This document shows, in pieces, positions 40,165 through 50,059 of a stretch of 64,000 nucleotides of DNA; the first letter of the stretch is position 1, and every line of letters begins with the position of its first letter. This DNA comes from a virus (lineage: Duplodnaviria > Caudoviricetes). The notes below the pieces were generated by a model. It ran no database searches, had not been told where the DNA came from, and saw only the letters and a program-made list of their open reading frames with translations. The stretch lies in IMG/VR virus record IMGVR_UViG_2904560550_000001, positions 32,001 to 96,000 of that record; one strand, written 5' to 3'. A program made the position numbers and the translations under genes.

Positions 40165-40410
40165 ATGGATTTTAATCTTGAAATTGACTTGAAAGACATT
40201 ATGAGATCAGTTTCCATGAGTGTTGGTTCTAAGAACATACAAAGTGGAGATTACTACATAGAGATTATTTTTAAAAACAATGGGGATTGTTTGAGGATTA
40301 GAATGGATCATGCTTCAGTTTTAGAATTTAGAGACAAAATAAATGAAACTCTTTGGAAACTGGACGGCATGAAGACGTTTATGAAGACAGCAGCTTTACA
40401 GTATGAGTAA
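40165..40410 (+). CDS. Hypothetical protein
   Basis: GGAG RBS. Confidence 0.55.
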   Translation: MDFNLEIDLKDIMRSVSMSVGSKNIQSGDYYIEIIFKNNGDCLRIRMDHASVLEFRDKINETLWKLDGMKTFMKTAALQYE

Positions 40411-40518
40411 AGCTGATTTTTTTAAAATTATTTAGAGTAAAAATAAAATAAGTATTTACAACATTTGGTTAAGGTTATATAATCGAATTAGAATAAGGAA
40501 AGGAGATAGCTTTAATTA

Positions 40519-40743
40519 TTGATTAATGAACCAACTAATAATCAAATAAGAACAATGGTTTTAAGGAAATATGCAAAGCTCTTAGCATCATGTGAAAGGT
40601 CTTTACGCAGCATAGATAATGGTGAAATCAGAATGGCAATTGGAGACTTGGATTTTGTTAAAGACAATTTAGAGGAAATACAATACATACTTCGTGATGT
40701 TGTGAATCAGCATGAATATATTGAGGGTAAAAATAAAATGTAA
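40519..40743 (+). CDS. Hypothetical protein
   Basis: AAAGGAG RBS; SPBRE and TTTACA..TATAAT upstream. Confidence 0.6.
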   Translation: MINEPTNNQIRTMVLRKYAKLLASCERSLRSIDNGEIRMAIGDLDFVKDNLEEIQYILRDVVNQHEYIEGKNKM

Positions 40744-40775
40744 GTTTTATCAAGAAAGGTAAAGGGGGAAGAACA

Positions 40776-41051
40776 ATGAAATTCTATGAAATCAATGATC
40801 CATATTACGCGCTTATCAAAGCGAAAGACGAGGTGGATGCTGAAAGGATTTACAACGAGCAGATTGCTGACACGGACGATTACGACAATTTTCAAGACGA
40901 TGAAATCCGAGAAGTGGAACGAGACTATGCGCTCATTATGTATTCACAAACGAAGGGTGAAGATGGGGAGTTTATGTCTTACACCTATATTTCAGGAACT
41001 TTCAACAATCCGGACATTGAAGTCCTTATCATGGACGGTTCGCTCCTATGA
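40776..41051 (+). CDS. Hypothetical acidic phage protein
   Basis: AAGGGGG RBS. Confidence 0.7.
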   Translation: MKFYEINDPYYALIKAKDEVDAERIYNEQIADTDDYDNFQDDEIREVERDYALIMYSQTKGEDGEFMSYTYISGTFNNPDIEVLIMDGSLL

Positions 41052-41470
41052 ACACCGCATACAGAGTGTGGGACGGCGAGAAGATGCATTATTGGGATGA
41101 TGGTGAGCTGAGTCTTATTATCTCGGGTAGAGAATGGAGGGTGTATCGCAATATCGTTGGAGCTCTTTGTCCCATCCGTATTGCGTCTAGTACTCAAAAA
41201 AATACGTCTCTCATGTGGGGCACAGGTCTAAAGGACAAGAAAGGGAAGGATATATACCAGAAGGATATCACTGAGGAATCGTATGTGAATCCTTTACTCA
41301 AAGAAAATGTTATTGACCGTTATGTTATTGAGAGACGGAAAGGTATCGACAGAATGAACCATGTCAGCAAAAAGAGCCAATTGGATAGGTTCTTATGGTA
41401 TCGACTTGATGAAATCGAGGTTGTCGGAAACATTTTTGAAACTCCTGAGTTATTGGAGGACGCGGAGTGA
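41048..41470 (+). CDS. yopX: YopX family protein
   Basis: YRVWD...TGLKDKKGKDIYQKDI...EVVGNIFE signature. Confidence 0.85.
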   Translation: MNTAYRVWDGEKMHYWDDGELSLIISGREWRVYRNIVGALCPIRIASSTQKNTSLMWGTGLKDKKGKDIYQKDITEESYVNPLLKENVIDRYVIERRKGIDRMNHVSKKSQLDRFLWYRLDEIEVVGNIFETPELLEDAE

Positions 41471-41637
41471 TGAAGACAAAAAAGAATCCGGCACGTGTTG
41501 TTGATACTAGAAATAATGCCACATTGTTCACAGGGACAGAATGGGAATGCATGGAGTTCGCATTAAAGAATTATCCTCATGAAGAATTTCCCCATGTCTT
41601 GGTTGGTTTAAATGATGATGAGGAGGGCGTGCAGTGA
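41470..41637 (+). CDS. Hypothetical 55-aa protein
   Basis: GGAGG RBS; start overlaps the previous stop. Confidence 0.55.
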   Translation: MKTKKNPARVVDTRNNATLFTGTEWECMEFALKNYPHEEFPHVLVGLNDDEEGVQ

Positions 41638-41653
41638 TGCGGGAGGAAGAAGA

Positions 41654-41836
41654 ATGACAGAAAACGAAGAGCTACAAGCAAGATGCATCGAATTGGAAAC
41701 GCGTAACGAAGATTTAGCGCGGACGATTCAGGAACAAAACAAAATGATCCGGGGGCAAAACTGGCGAATCATGTTTTTCGCCCTCTCTTGGGTCCTATAT
41801 GGCGCTGTGAGTGCTGTGAATTACTTTTGGGGGTGA
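41654..41836 (+). CDS. Coiled-coil protein with a C-terminal TM segment
   Basis: GGGAGG RBS before ATG 41654. Confidence 0.6.
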   Translation: MTENEELQARCIELETRNEDLARTIQEQNKMIRGQNWRIMFFALSWVLYGAVSAVNYFWG

Positions 41837-41840
41837 CGGA

Positions 41841-42029
41841 ATGAACGAATACACCGAATGCCCGGAATGCGGGAACGACCAGATTATTGATTATGGGGAA
41901 ATGGCGGTTGAGTATGAAATGTCATTTAAAACAGGGAAGCTGCTGAAACGTAATAAAGAAGGGGAGTCTATATGGTGCGCGCAAAAGTGCCGTTGCGGCT
42001 GGGATAGTTATTCAGAAAAATATGAGTGA
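41841..42029 (+). CDS. Zn-ribbon protein
   Basis: CPECG...CRCGW. Confidence 0.65.
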   Translation: MNEYTECPECGNDQIIDYGEMAVEYEMSFKTGKLLKRNKEGESIWCAQKCRCGWDSYSEKYE

Positions 42030-42131
42030 GGTGTGCGCGGAGTGAACGACGGAATAATTGGCATTGTAGTATTAATACTCCTGTTGTGGGCGGTTATAGT
42101 TTGGTGGAGAAATTACTAAGGGAGGCGCGGA

Positions 42132-42335
42132 ATGAGCATTAATGCACGTACAATGGCATTCACTTATCATAGGGCACATCAAGAATGGAAGACGCTTGAA
42201 GATGCTATGATGATCGTTAATGATCCTGATACAAAAAAGGGCATCGCTAAAGAAATTGAAAAAAGAAGACAGAACGCAAGTAAAATCGGGGAAAAGCTTG
42301 AACAATTTGAGGTTGATGTGGAGGATGGACGATAG
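42132..42335 (+). CDS. Hypothetical protein
   Basis: GGGAGG RBS. Confidence 0.6.
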   Translation: MSINARTMAFTYHRAHQEWKTLEDAMMIVNDPDTKKGIAKEIEKRRQNASKIGEKLEQFEVDVEDGR

Positions 42336-42462
42336 AAAGGGAGGGGAATAAATTGACGAAAAGTGAAGGATGAAAAGTGACTATTGAGCTGTCTCATAAA
42401 ATTAATCGAACCAAATAAAAGATGCATTTCATATTAAATGAGAATAGGGGGAGTAGTTAATA

Positions 42463-42699
42463 ATGGAGACAAAACACGGATTAAGTCAAGGACGGTTAAA
42501 TGCAGCGAAAGATTATACTCGGAGTTTTGTGGAAAGGATCAATAAAATTGAGTTGATGTATCAGCTTTCTGTAAACAAAATGGTGGATGGAGAAAAAGCT
42601 GAGAATTTTATTTCAGGAAATATTAAAGAAATCGAGCGTGATTGGGAATGCTTTAAGAGCTATATTGCACAAAGAGGCGATATGAGAGAATTAGATTAA
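42463..42699 (+). CDS. Hypothetical protein
   Basis: GGGGGAG RBS; bounded by junction motifs. Confidence 0.65.
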   Translation: METKHGLSQGRLNAAKDYTRSFVERINKIELMYQLSVNKMVDGEKAENFISGNIKEIERDWECFKSYIAQRGDMRELD

Positions 42700-42732
42700 A
42701 AGTAAAATTTAAAAGAGAAAGGGAGTTTAAAT

Positions 42733-43329
42733 ATGCCAACAGGATATACAAGCGAAATTTATCAGGGAGAAGAGGTATCCCCTAAGGACTTTTTATTGAC
42801 ATGTTCACGGGCTTTTGGTGCAACCATTTCAATGAGGGAAGAACCTTTAAATGCTGAAATACCTGAGTTTGAACCGAGTAGCTACTATAAAGATGCTTTA
42901 ACCAAGGAGTTATCAGAGTTAGACAGGTATACAAATATGTCACTAAAAGAAGCGGAGATGGCTGTAGACGCCCTGTATCAAAATCAATTAAATGAATATA
43001 AGAAAATCTCTGATAACCAAAAGCAACTCCTAAAACGGTATACGAAATTATTAGAATGTATCAAAGAATGGGAGCCACCTACAAGTGAGCACATAAGTCT
43101 TAAAGAGTTTGCAATTGAGCAGTTAAAAGGCAGTATTAAAACTGATTGTAATCCCAGTCTCATTAGAGAGGTCGTACGACATGATCCTGAAGAATGGTTG
43201 AAAATGAAAATTGAGAAGACAAGGGATAATATCGAATGGTATAAACAAATGCATCAGGAAGAAGTTGAGAGAGTAAACAGACGAAACGAATGGATAAAGA
43301 ATCTAAGGGAAAGTATGATTGGGATTTAA
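42733..43329 (+). CDS. Hypothetical phage protein (MPTGYT family)
   Basis: AAGGGAG RBS; MPTGYT...CSRAFGA; bounded by junction motifs. Confidence 0.75.
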   Translation: MPTGYTSEIYQGEEVSPKDFLLTCSRAFGATISMREEPLNAEIPEFEPSSYYKDALTKELSELDRYTNMSLKEAEMAVDALYQNQLNEYKKISDNQKQLLKRYTKLLECIKEWEPPTSEHISLKEFAIEQLKGSIKTDCNPSLIREVVRHDPEEWLKMKIEKTRDNIEWYKQMHQEEVERVNRRNEWIKNLRESMIGI

Positions 43330-43408
43330 TAAAAAGACTGTTTTAAAGAAAGGATGAGAACCGATAGTCAATTTCAAAAAACTTAGTGATCCTGAATATA
43401 TTAAGCAG

Positions 43409-44035
43409 ATGGAAATTGAGAGAAATGAACGTGAGCGGATATATCAAGAAAAGGAGACTATAAGAAAGAAAACGGTGTGCTTCACTGGTCATAGGCCGAA
43501 CAAATTGGGTGGATACGATATGAAAAATCCAACAATGCTTAAACTCAAAGATAAGCTACTTGAAGTCATTGAAGAATTAATCACTAAGGAAAACAAGTCC
43601 AGGTTCATAACTGGTGGAGCGTTAGGAACTGATCAGGCTGCTTGCTGGTGTGTACATATTCTAAAGAAGAAAAACCCACATATCAAAAACATAATTGCTG
43701 TACCTTTCAAAGAACAAGATAAAGTGTGGTCTGAAGAACAAAAAATGTGGTACAAACGAATGCTTGAAGTTGCAGATGAGATTGTTAATGTTGAAGAATT
43801 GGAGAAATATAAAGTTAGTGGAGTTGTACCAGGTGAGTTTTCACCGGCTAAAATGCAAAAACGAAATGAATACATGATTGACCACAGTGAAGTGGTAGTA
43901 GCCGTTTATGATGGTAGTAAAAGTGGGACAAGGAACTGTCTGAATTACGCTAGGAAAACATACTTAGGCCATCAAATTTGGAGGCTGCATCCGAAATGTG
44001 ATTTTGAATTGGATATAAGCTATACGCCTGGATGA
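43409..44035 (+). CDS. yoqJ: SLOG/DUF1273 (YspA-like) protein
   Basis: CFTGHRP, GGALGTD, QKRNEYMID, GSKSGT. Confidence 0.8.
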   Translation: MEIERNERERIYQEKETIRKKTVCFTGHRPNKLGGYDMKNPTMLKLKDKLLEVIEELITKENKSRFITGGALGTDQAACWCVHILKKKNPHIKNIIAVPFKEQDKVWSEEQKMWYKRMLEVADEIVNVEELEKYKVSGVVPGEFSPAKMQKRNEYMIDHSEVVVAVYDGSKSGTRNCLNYARKTYLGHQIWRLHPKCDFELDISYTPG

Positions 44036-44048
44036 GGAGGAATATAAC

Positions 44049-44273
44049 ATGAATGAGTTTAAAATTGTGAATTTAGATGGAGTTAATTGGGGATCGCATA
44101 ATGACGAAACTTTAGGTTTCAAAGAATTGATTACAGGAAGAACGACCGCAGCTGGCGATGTTGTTAATGTTGAAAGACGCGACGATTGTCCACTTCCTCT
44201 AAGGAAGAACCAATTTTGCATAACATTTACCAAAGAAATTGAGTTGTTTCTTGGAGAACCATTCACCCAATAA
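44049..44273 (+). CDS. Hypothetical protein
   Basis: GAGGAGG RBS. Confidence 0.5.
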   Translation: MNEFKIVNLDGVNWGSHNDETLGFKELITGRTTAAGDVVNVERRDDCPLPLRKNQFCITFTKEIELFLGEPFTQ

Positions 44274-44509
44274 GAATGCAAATCATTATTCGGATCAGAT
44301 TTTAGCTGCAAAACATTAAAATAAAAGGATTATTTCATTGTAAGGAGGAAGGCACATAGGTTATTTAAAGCACATAATTGATACAGCCTGGTTTAACTTA
44401 GTTTGGTTTAGATGGCATCTTGGAGCGGACATAAGCGTATTTGACGGCTGCGGATGGTATACATATAAATATTTAAAGAGTAAAAATAAAATAAATGGAG
44501 GTTATAAGG

Positions 44510-44725
44510 GTGATAAAGAGGAATCTGCTTAGTAACCACGTTGATGAGATTATTGGTGAATATTACGCTGCTAAAGGATATTCAGTCCAGAAAATTGACC
44601 GTCAGGAGAATGGCCAACTCATTGTTATTACGGAGCGAGCAGCTAAAGAACAGAAACAAGAAAAAGTCGATATTGCATTTGATTTTGTACATAGAAGACA
44701 GCATAAAAAGAAATGCCTTTCTTAA
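44510..44725 (+). CDS. Hypothetical protein
   Basis: GGAGG RBS before GTG 44510; SPBRE upstream. Confidence 0.6.
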   Translation: MIKRNLLSNHVDEIIGEYYAAKGYSVQKIDRQENGQLIVITERAAKEQKQEKVDIAFDFVHRRQHKKKCLS

Positions 44726-44764
44726 AACAAGAAAAAAGGAGCTAAAAAGCCCCTACCTTTAAGC

Positions 44765-45025
44765 TTAAACAACTTTTGTATAAATAGCCGTATAAAACTG
44801 AATTGAGTAATCGAAATAATATCTTGTAAGAGTATAAGTATATCCGTTGTATTCAATAGAAGGCTTGAAGTTTGGTATTGGGCTAATCTGATATATGGTG
44901 TCATAATCATATTCATCACTTTTTACTACCACTTCAGACGAAGAACTTGTTGCCAAGGCAGGAACAGCGGATGTTAGCATGCCAAATGTTAAAGCAGAAC
45001 TCAATAAAATTTTTCGAGGGTTCAA
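44765..45025 (-). CDS. Secreted LCI-fold antimicrobial-peptide-like protein (YoqM-like)
   Basis: Signal peptide ending ALA; mature region SPIPNFKPSIEYNGYTYTL..YFD....YTAIY resembles LCI. Confidence 0.6.
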   Translation of the reverse strand: MNPRKILLSSALTFGMLTSAVPALATSSSSEVVVKSDEYDYDTIYQISPIPNFKPSIEYNGYTYTLTRYYFDYSIQFYTAIYTKVV

Positions 45026-45149
45026 TTATATCAACTCCATTAACATTTTATACATTAATTATGAGGTAAATGGAAGATGCTTCGGAAGTGAATAATGGAT
45101 CATAAATAGTTAAAATCGTGATTTTAAACAGAATAGGAGGCCTTGATAC

Positions 45150-45554
45150 ATGGGCTTATATGTAACACACGGAGCATTCGATGGGGCATACTCGTCATTC
45201 AATAATCTTAGAAGATTTTTATTAAAATCAATTGGAGGTAGTTGGCCACCTCATGATAACCAAAAATTTAAGGACGGCTATTGGTACTTTGGTAAAGGCT
45301 ATTCAACAATAACCCATAAGGGACTAACAGAGTTTTTCGGTCATTCAGATTGTGATGGTGTAATTACACCTGGAATGTGTAAAGTTGTTGCTGATGAATT
45401 GGAAGCCATTTTGCCACAAGTAGAGGAATTAGCTAAATCAGAACCATCATATGGTCATATATTGCGTGATGGCGGATGGGTAGCGGTTACAAAGCAGTTT
45501 ATTGAAGGATGTAGACTGGCACATGAAAGAAATGAACCATTAGAGTTTAGATAA
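45150..45554 (+). CDS. Hypothetical phage protein
   Basis: AGGAGG RBS; MGL...HSDCDG; bounded by junction motifs. Confidence 0.75.
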   Translation: MGLYVTHGAFDGAYSSFNNLRRFLLKSIGGSWPPHDNQKFKDGYWYFGKGYSTITHKGLTEFFGHSDCDGVITPGMCKVVADELEAILPQVEELAKSEPSYGHILRDGGWVAVTKQFIEGCRLAHERNEPLEFR

Positions 45555-45586
45555 AATCTTGTTTTTAAACAGATAGGAGGAAACGG

Positions 45587-46102
45587 ATGAATCAAGATAT
45601 TCAGTTTTTAAAAGAGCTTCAGCAAGAGTTGAAAGATCAAGACAACGACTGTCAAGCTGCACCACGTTTCTGGACAGTTGGTGATTATGAATGGGTCGAA
45701 GCTCGAGAGGAAAATGCAGAACGGTATTCTGTATACCTACCATATATTGCTGAAGCATATGTTTTAGATGATTATTTAGAAGATTTAAAAGAAAGTAGTG
45801 AGCTCTCTAAGGAAGCTTTAACAGAGCTGAAAAAGGACGACTTTGACGATCCTATTGAGTGGATTCAAAAATACATTGATGAAGAAGCAGAATTAATTCC
45901 AGAAAGAAAGGTTCACATTGTACGACCGGATACAATGTTTTTGACCAAAGAAGAAGCGAAGAGACACATCAAATTGAATAAGCATCATTACACTTCTGAA
46001 GCACATACTTACGCAATGACAGCTTGGAGAGCACCGAAAGTTGAGCGGTTGCTTAACATACTTGAATCCTTTGATTGGAAATCAATAGAGACTTCTAAAT
46101 AA
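45587..46102 (+). CDS. Hypothetical phage protein
   Basis: AGGAGG RBS; bounded by junction motifs. Confidence 0.75.
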   Translation: MNQDIQFLKELQQELKDQDNDCQAAPRFWTVGDYEWVEAREENAERYSVYLPYIAEAYVLDDYLEDLKESSELSKEALTELKKDDFDDPIEWIQKYIDEEAELIPERKVHIVRPDTMFLTKEEAKRHIKLNKHHYTSEAHTYAMTAWRAPKVERLLNILESFDWKSIETSK

Positions 46103-46424
46103 AAGATAGTTATTATTCAAATACTCAAGGCAGAGCCTACCGCACCTACAATGCCAGCAAAATCAACTAGTGTTGTTACGTTGCTCATAAAGTCAAAAGA
46201 ATTGTTTATTAAAAACATAAAATCAGCCCCTGTAAAAAAATTTAATACTAAGATAAAAAATAATAAGAAGGAGTATTTTATCGCTGGCTTGTTTTTGGTG
46301 TAGGAGCAGCCTTGAATATTCGAATGTATTACTAATATAGCATAATTTTTACAAATAATCCAATTCTGTCTTACGATCGGAGAGTAAAAATAAAATAGTT
46401 ATTTTATAGAAGGAGAGGGTGTAG

Positions 46425-46838
46425 ATGGCATCAGGAGAGCAATTGAAAAGAATGAACGACATAAACGATTTGATTAAGCTTATCGCAAGCATTGATAGAT
46501 GTACTTTCTTCTGTAAGTCAATGAATCGCATAGCGTATTTCAGGTTTAAGAAGAAACTGTTTTTCGTTGATGATTACACGGGAGCTGACGTTTACCCATA
46601 TGAAATGGGATACGGTAGTCCAAACGGCTTTTCACATGGAGGCAACATGTGGCAACTGGTCAACAGTTTTAGAAAGTTCATCATAACAGGGAAATTCGGT
46701 GAGCTGAGGGATTATAAAGAAATATGGGCTTACAGCTATGAAGGATGTATGAAAATCCGTCAGAAGGCAAAAGAAATAGGGTTTATACAGACTGTTGATT
46801 ATCCTTATAGCTTCGATGAATGGATGGAAACTAATTGA
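46425..46838 (+). CDS. Hypothetical phage protein
   Basis: AAGGAGAGG RBS; GFSHGG motif. Confidence 0.7.
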   Translation: MASGEQLKRMNDINDLIKLIASIDRCTFFCKSMNRIAYFRFKKKLFFVDDYTGADVYPYEMGYGSPNGFSHGGNMWQLVNSFRKFIITGKFGELRDYKEIWAYSYEGCMKIRQKAKEIGFIQTVDYPYSFDEWMETN

Positions 46839-46903
46839 TCCATGTACTAAATTTTCATTAAGCTTTAAAGGGCTTGGCATTAAGGAGTTATGTACAGGAG
46901 AGA

Positions 46904-47715
46904 TTATACTCTCCAGGATACGAAGGAAGGTATGCGGAGTTTGCCATGCTTAGTCTTAAATCTGTGCTTAACCTTACATAAGATAGGTTCGATAAATACA
47001 TATTCATCAGATTCAGACTTTACATGTTTCATAGAGTGCAACTTACTTCGTTCCGCGTTCGGCATGAATTCCATAAATCCAGCTGCAGTTCCATCAGGAT
47101 AAGACAGAAGGAATTTAATATCCTTCTTCGTGTAGCCGGTTATGAGAACTTCAGTGTAATCATAATTAATCACTTTAAGCCAATTATGCGAACGTTTATT
47201 GATCTCATAAGGGGAGTTAGCTTTCTTGATTACGATTCCCTCTAAATTCTTTTCTTTGGCCAGGTTGAAGTAAGCAAGACCGTTACCTTGAATTCCTTCG
47301 ATAACACAAACATTTGGATGTTCAGTTCAAGTGAGTTCAGAACTGTCTTACGCTCAGTGAGCGGCTTAGCTGCTATTGACTGACCGTCTTTGTAAATAAC
47401 ATCAAAGACACAGTAAACGATCTTATGGGCTGATTTTTTGGACATGAAACGTTCCATTACAGCTTCAAAGTCAGGAGCACCGCCCGGGGCAGCTACAATA
47501 ACTTCACCATCGAGTACTGTTCCATCTGGGATATCTAAATCCAGGAGTTCAGGAAACTTGCTTGTTACTTCATTATTGTGACGAGTATATAGCTTAATCT
47601 GATTATCAAATTTAGAAAGGATCAGTCTGATTCCATCAAATTTGAGCTCAGTGATATAGTTCTCGTCGTCAAAAGGCTCTTTGATTGAATGCAAAAGCAT
47701 TGGCGATAAAAACAA
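46904..47715 (-). pseudogene. ligB: ATP-dependent DNA ligase, frameshifted near 47325
   Basis: ELKFDGIR motif I, LDGE and VFD in the first ORF; C-terminal OB region with LRIP in the second; one missing base rejoins them. Confidence 0.85.
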
Positions 47716-47784
47716 AATATCACCTCCTACTTAGAACATATTAGCTAAGCGAAGGTGATATATAAAGCGATATGGCAGTGGTAC

Positions 47785-48459
47785 TTAATGGGATTGAATG
47801 AGCTCAGGTGAATTGTTTTTAGGTGAATTCACTAAAGATGAAACCTGGTATGCTTCCATGTCATCAGCATCATAAGGCTGCAGTAAGCTTTGTAGATAAT
47901 CAGGATCAGTATTTTTAGGGTTGAGCCATTCCTTTTCGTTCTCATCAGTAAGGATAACTGGCATCCGATCATGAATGCCTTCCATAAGCTCATTAGGCTT
48001 TGTTGTGATGATTGTGCAAGTGTACAAAGGATTGCCTTGTGGTGTGTTCCACTTTTCATATAATCCGGCAAAAGCAAAGAGATTGGATGATTTAAGCTTA
48101 ATCCGCATAGGAATCTTAGTCTTTGGATCAAGGCGTTTCCATTCATAAAAACTGTCAGCTGGGATGATACAACGTTTGCTTACGAGTGGCTTTCGAAAGC
48201 TGGGTTTCTCGGCCAATGTTTCAGCACGAGCATTAATCATTTTATAGCCGATCTTTTCGTCTTTAGCCCATGGAGGGATAAGACCCCATCTAAGTTTGCC
48301 CAGACGGTTATTAGATCCATCGTTGATGATTGTCAGGATGTTTTGTGAAGGAGCGACATTATAGCTAGGGTGATACTCACCTTCAGGTAAGAATTGATCT
48401 ATGTTGAATTGCTCAATAATGTCATCAAACTCAGAAAATAAAGTGAACCTGCCACACAT
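47785..48459 (-). CDS. yoqW: SRAP family abasic-site processing protein
   Basis: MCGRF N terminus, NARAET, FYEW, HDRMP. Confidence 0.93.
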   Translation of the reverse strand: MCGRFTLFSEFDDIIEQFNIDQFLPEGEYHPSYNVAPSQNILTIINDGSNNRLGKLRWGLIPPWAKDEKIGYKMINARAETLAEKPSFRKPLVSKRCIIPADSFYEWKRLDPKTKIPMRIKLKSSNLFAFAGLYEKWNTPQGNPLYTCTIITTKPNELMEGIHDRMPVILTDENEKEWLNPKNTDPDYLQSLLQPYDADDMEAYQVSSLVNSPKNNSPELIQSH

Positions 48460-48529
48460 GTTCATCATCCTTTAGGGTTTTTGAATATTGTACAGGCTTG
48501 ATACACGAAAATCAAAAAGGAGGAATGTG

Positions 48530-48751
48530 ATGCAGCAGCCAACAGTTGAGGTTAAAGAAGTAGAAGTGTTGATCAGGGGAGTCTGGAGAAAGAAAAAGTT
48601 CACTGACATTCAAAAGGGGCAAACCTTTAAGATTGAGGAGAACGGGAATACAAAGAAGTTCATAGCAAGAACAGATCCTTATTGGGATGATATGTATGAG
48701 ACTTACATAATTGATTTGTTGGATAAAAATAAAATTAGAAGAAGTAAGTGA
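48530..48751 (+). CDS. yoqX: YoqX-like hypothetical protein
   Basis: AAGGAGG RBS; divergent from yoqW. Confidence 0.6.
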   Translation: MQQPTVEVKEVEVLIRGVWRKKKFTDIQKGQTFKIEENGNTKKFIARTDPYWDDMYETYIIDLLDKNKIRRSK

Positions 48752-48810
48752 ACAGAAATCTAGATAAAACAGAGATTTTATAAAAATAAAATTAAAAAAG
48801 GGGAATTTTG

Positions 48811-50004
48811 ATGAGTTATCAATTTGAAAAGAATAAACTGTACGCATATTTAGGTGAAGAGTTAGTTGAAGCACTTAAAAGGAATGAAGCTATTATTGCA
48901 GGTGGGATAATTACAAGTCTATTTAATAATAAAGAGATAAATGATGTGGATATCTATTTTAGAAGTGATAAAAAAGCATGTTCATTCTTAGAAGAGTGTT
49001 GGAATAGCAATGTCTATGTAACTTCACACACTAAAAAAGCCACGCTGTTTATCAAAAAAGGACTAAAGCTACAAATGATCCACTTTAAATTTTTCTCTGA
49101 TGCTGAGTCAATTTTCAATACATTTGATTTTACAGTCTGCATGGGAGCTTTTGATTTTAAGACAGAAGCTTTTACTCTACATGAAGATTTTTTGAAACAT
49201 AACTCGCAGAGAATTTTAAAGTTTAATAGCCAAACTGCTTTTCCAATTGTCTCATTGTTAAGAGTGCAAAAATACACAGATAAAGAATACACAATTTCTA
49301 AGCCAGAATTCATTCGTATTGTGTTAACATGCATGGACTTAACCATTAATACATATGAAGAATTGAAAGATCAAATGGGAGGTATGTATGGGATAAACTA
49401 TGACAAATTGTTCGAAGACGAAAAAGAAGAAGACTTTAACCTACAAGAAGCTGTAGACAAAATTGCGGACATGGTTTTAGACGAAGATTACTTTAAAGAG
49501 CCGGTTAATTTAGAGTTTAATGACTTAGACGATCTTTTAAATGACATTAATAAGAGTCCAGTTATGACGTTGAAGATTAATGGTGATCAGTACAGAATTG
49601 GTCTTGATGGATTTCTAAAAGAATGTGTATCAGCGCCATGTACTGAAATTAAGTTAGATACAAAGGATTTTTTTGATAAAACTAATTTCTATAAATTTGT
49701 AAGAAAACAGAACGGAAAATTGACGAGCTTCTATGACAAGAACTTTGAGTATGTGATTGGAGAAGAAGCTAAAGCGGAAGGAGTTATAAATAGTTGGTCG
49801 AACAGCGGAAGGTTATTTTTTAATGAAAAGGCAGCGATCGGACAATCAACTTACTATGGAAAGGAAGACGGAGTACTTATTGAAGTAAATATTAACGAGA
49901 AGGATTTTGTAGATGTGAAAGATGGTAGAGTTGAGGCCACATCATGTCACGTAATTAGAGAAGTTCCAAAAGAAGAATGGAAACGATACATAAGAGCCAG
50001 TTAA
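48811..50004 (+). CDS. Pol-beta superfamily nucleotidyltransferase (class II CCA/poly(A) polymerase-like head)
   Basis: IIAGG...INDVDIYF and FDFTVC motifs. Confidence 0.7.
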   Translation: MSYQFEKNKLYAYLGEELVEALKRNEAIIAGGIITSLFNNKEINDVDIYFRSDKKACSFLEECWNSNVYVTSHTKKATLFIKKGLKLQMIHFKFFSDAESIFNTFDFTVCMGAFDFKTEAFTLHEDFLKHNSQRILKFNSQTAFPIVSLLRVQKYTDKEYTISKPEFIRIVLTCMDLTINTYEELKDQMGGMYGINYDKLFEDEKEEDFNLQEAVDKIADMVLDEDYFKEPVNLEFNDLDDLLNDINKSPVMTLKINGDQYRIGLDGFLKECVSAPCTEIKLDTKDFFDKTNFYKFVRKQNGKLTSFYDKNFEYVIGEEAKAEGVINSWSNSGRLFFNEKAAIGQSTYYGKEDGVLIEVNINEKDFVDVKDGRVEATSCHVIREVPKEEWKRYIRAS

Positions 50005-50059
50005 ATCTAAAAAAAGGTTTTATAAGGATAAAAATAAAATTAAAAAAAGGGGAATTTTC

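Noticed and set aside
50008-50022. Counting this site as a full junction motif
   Set aside because: Spacer is 5 bp rather than 6; treated as degenerate and left out of the count
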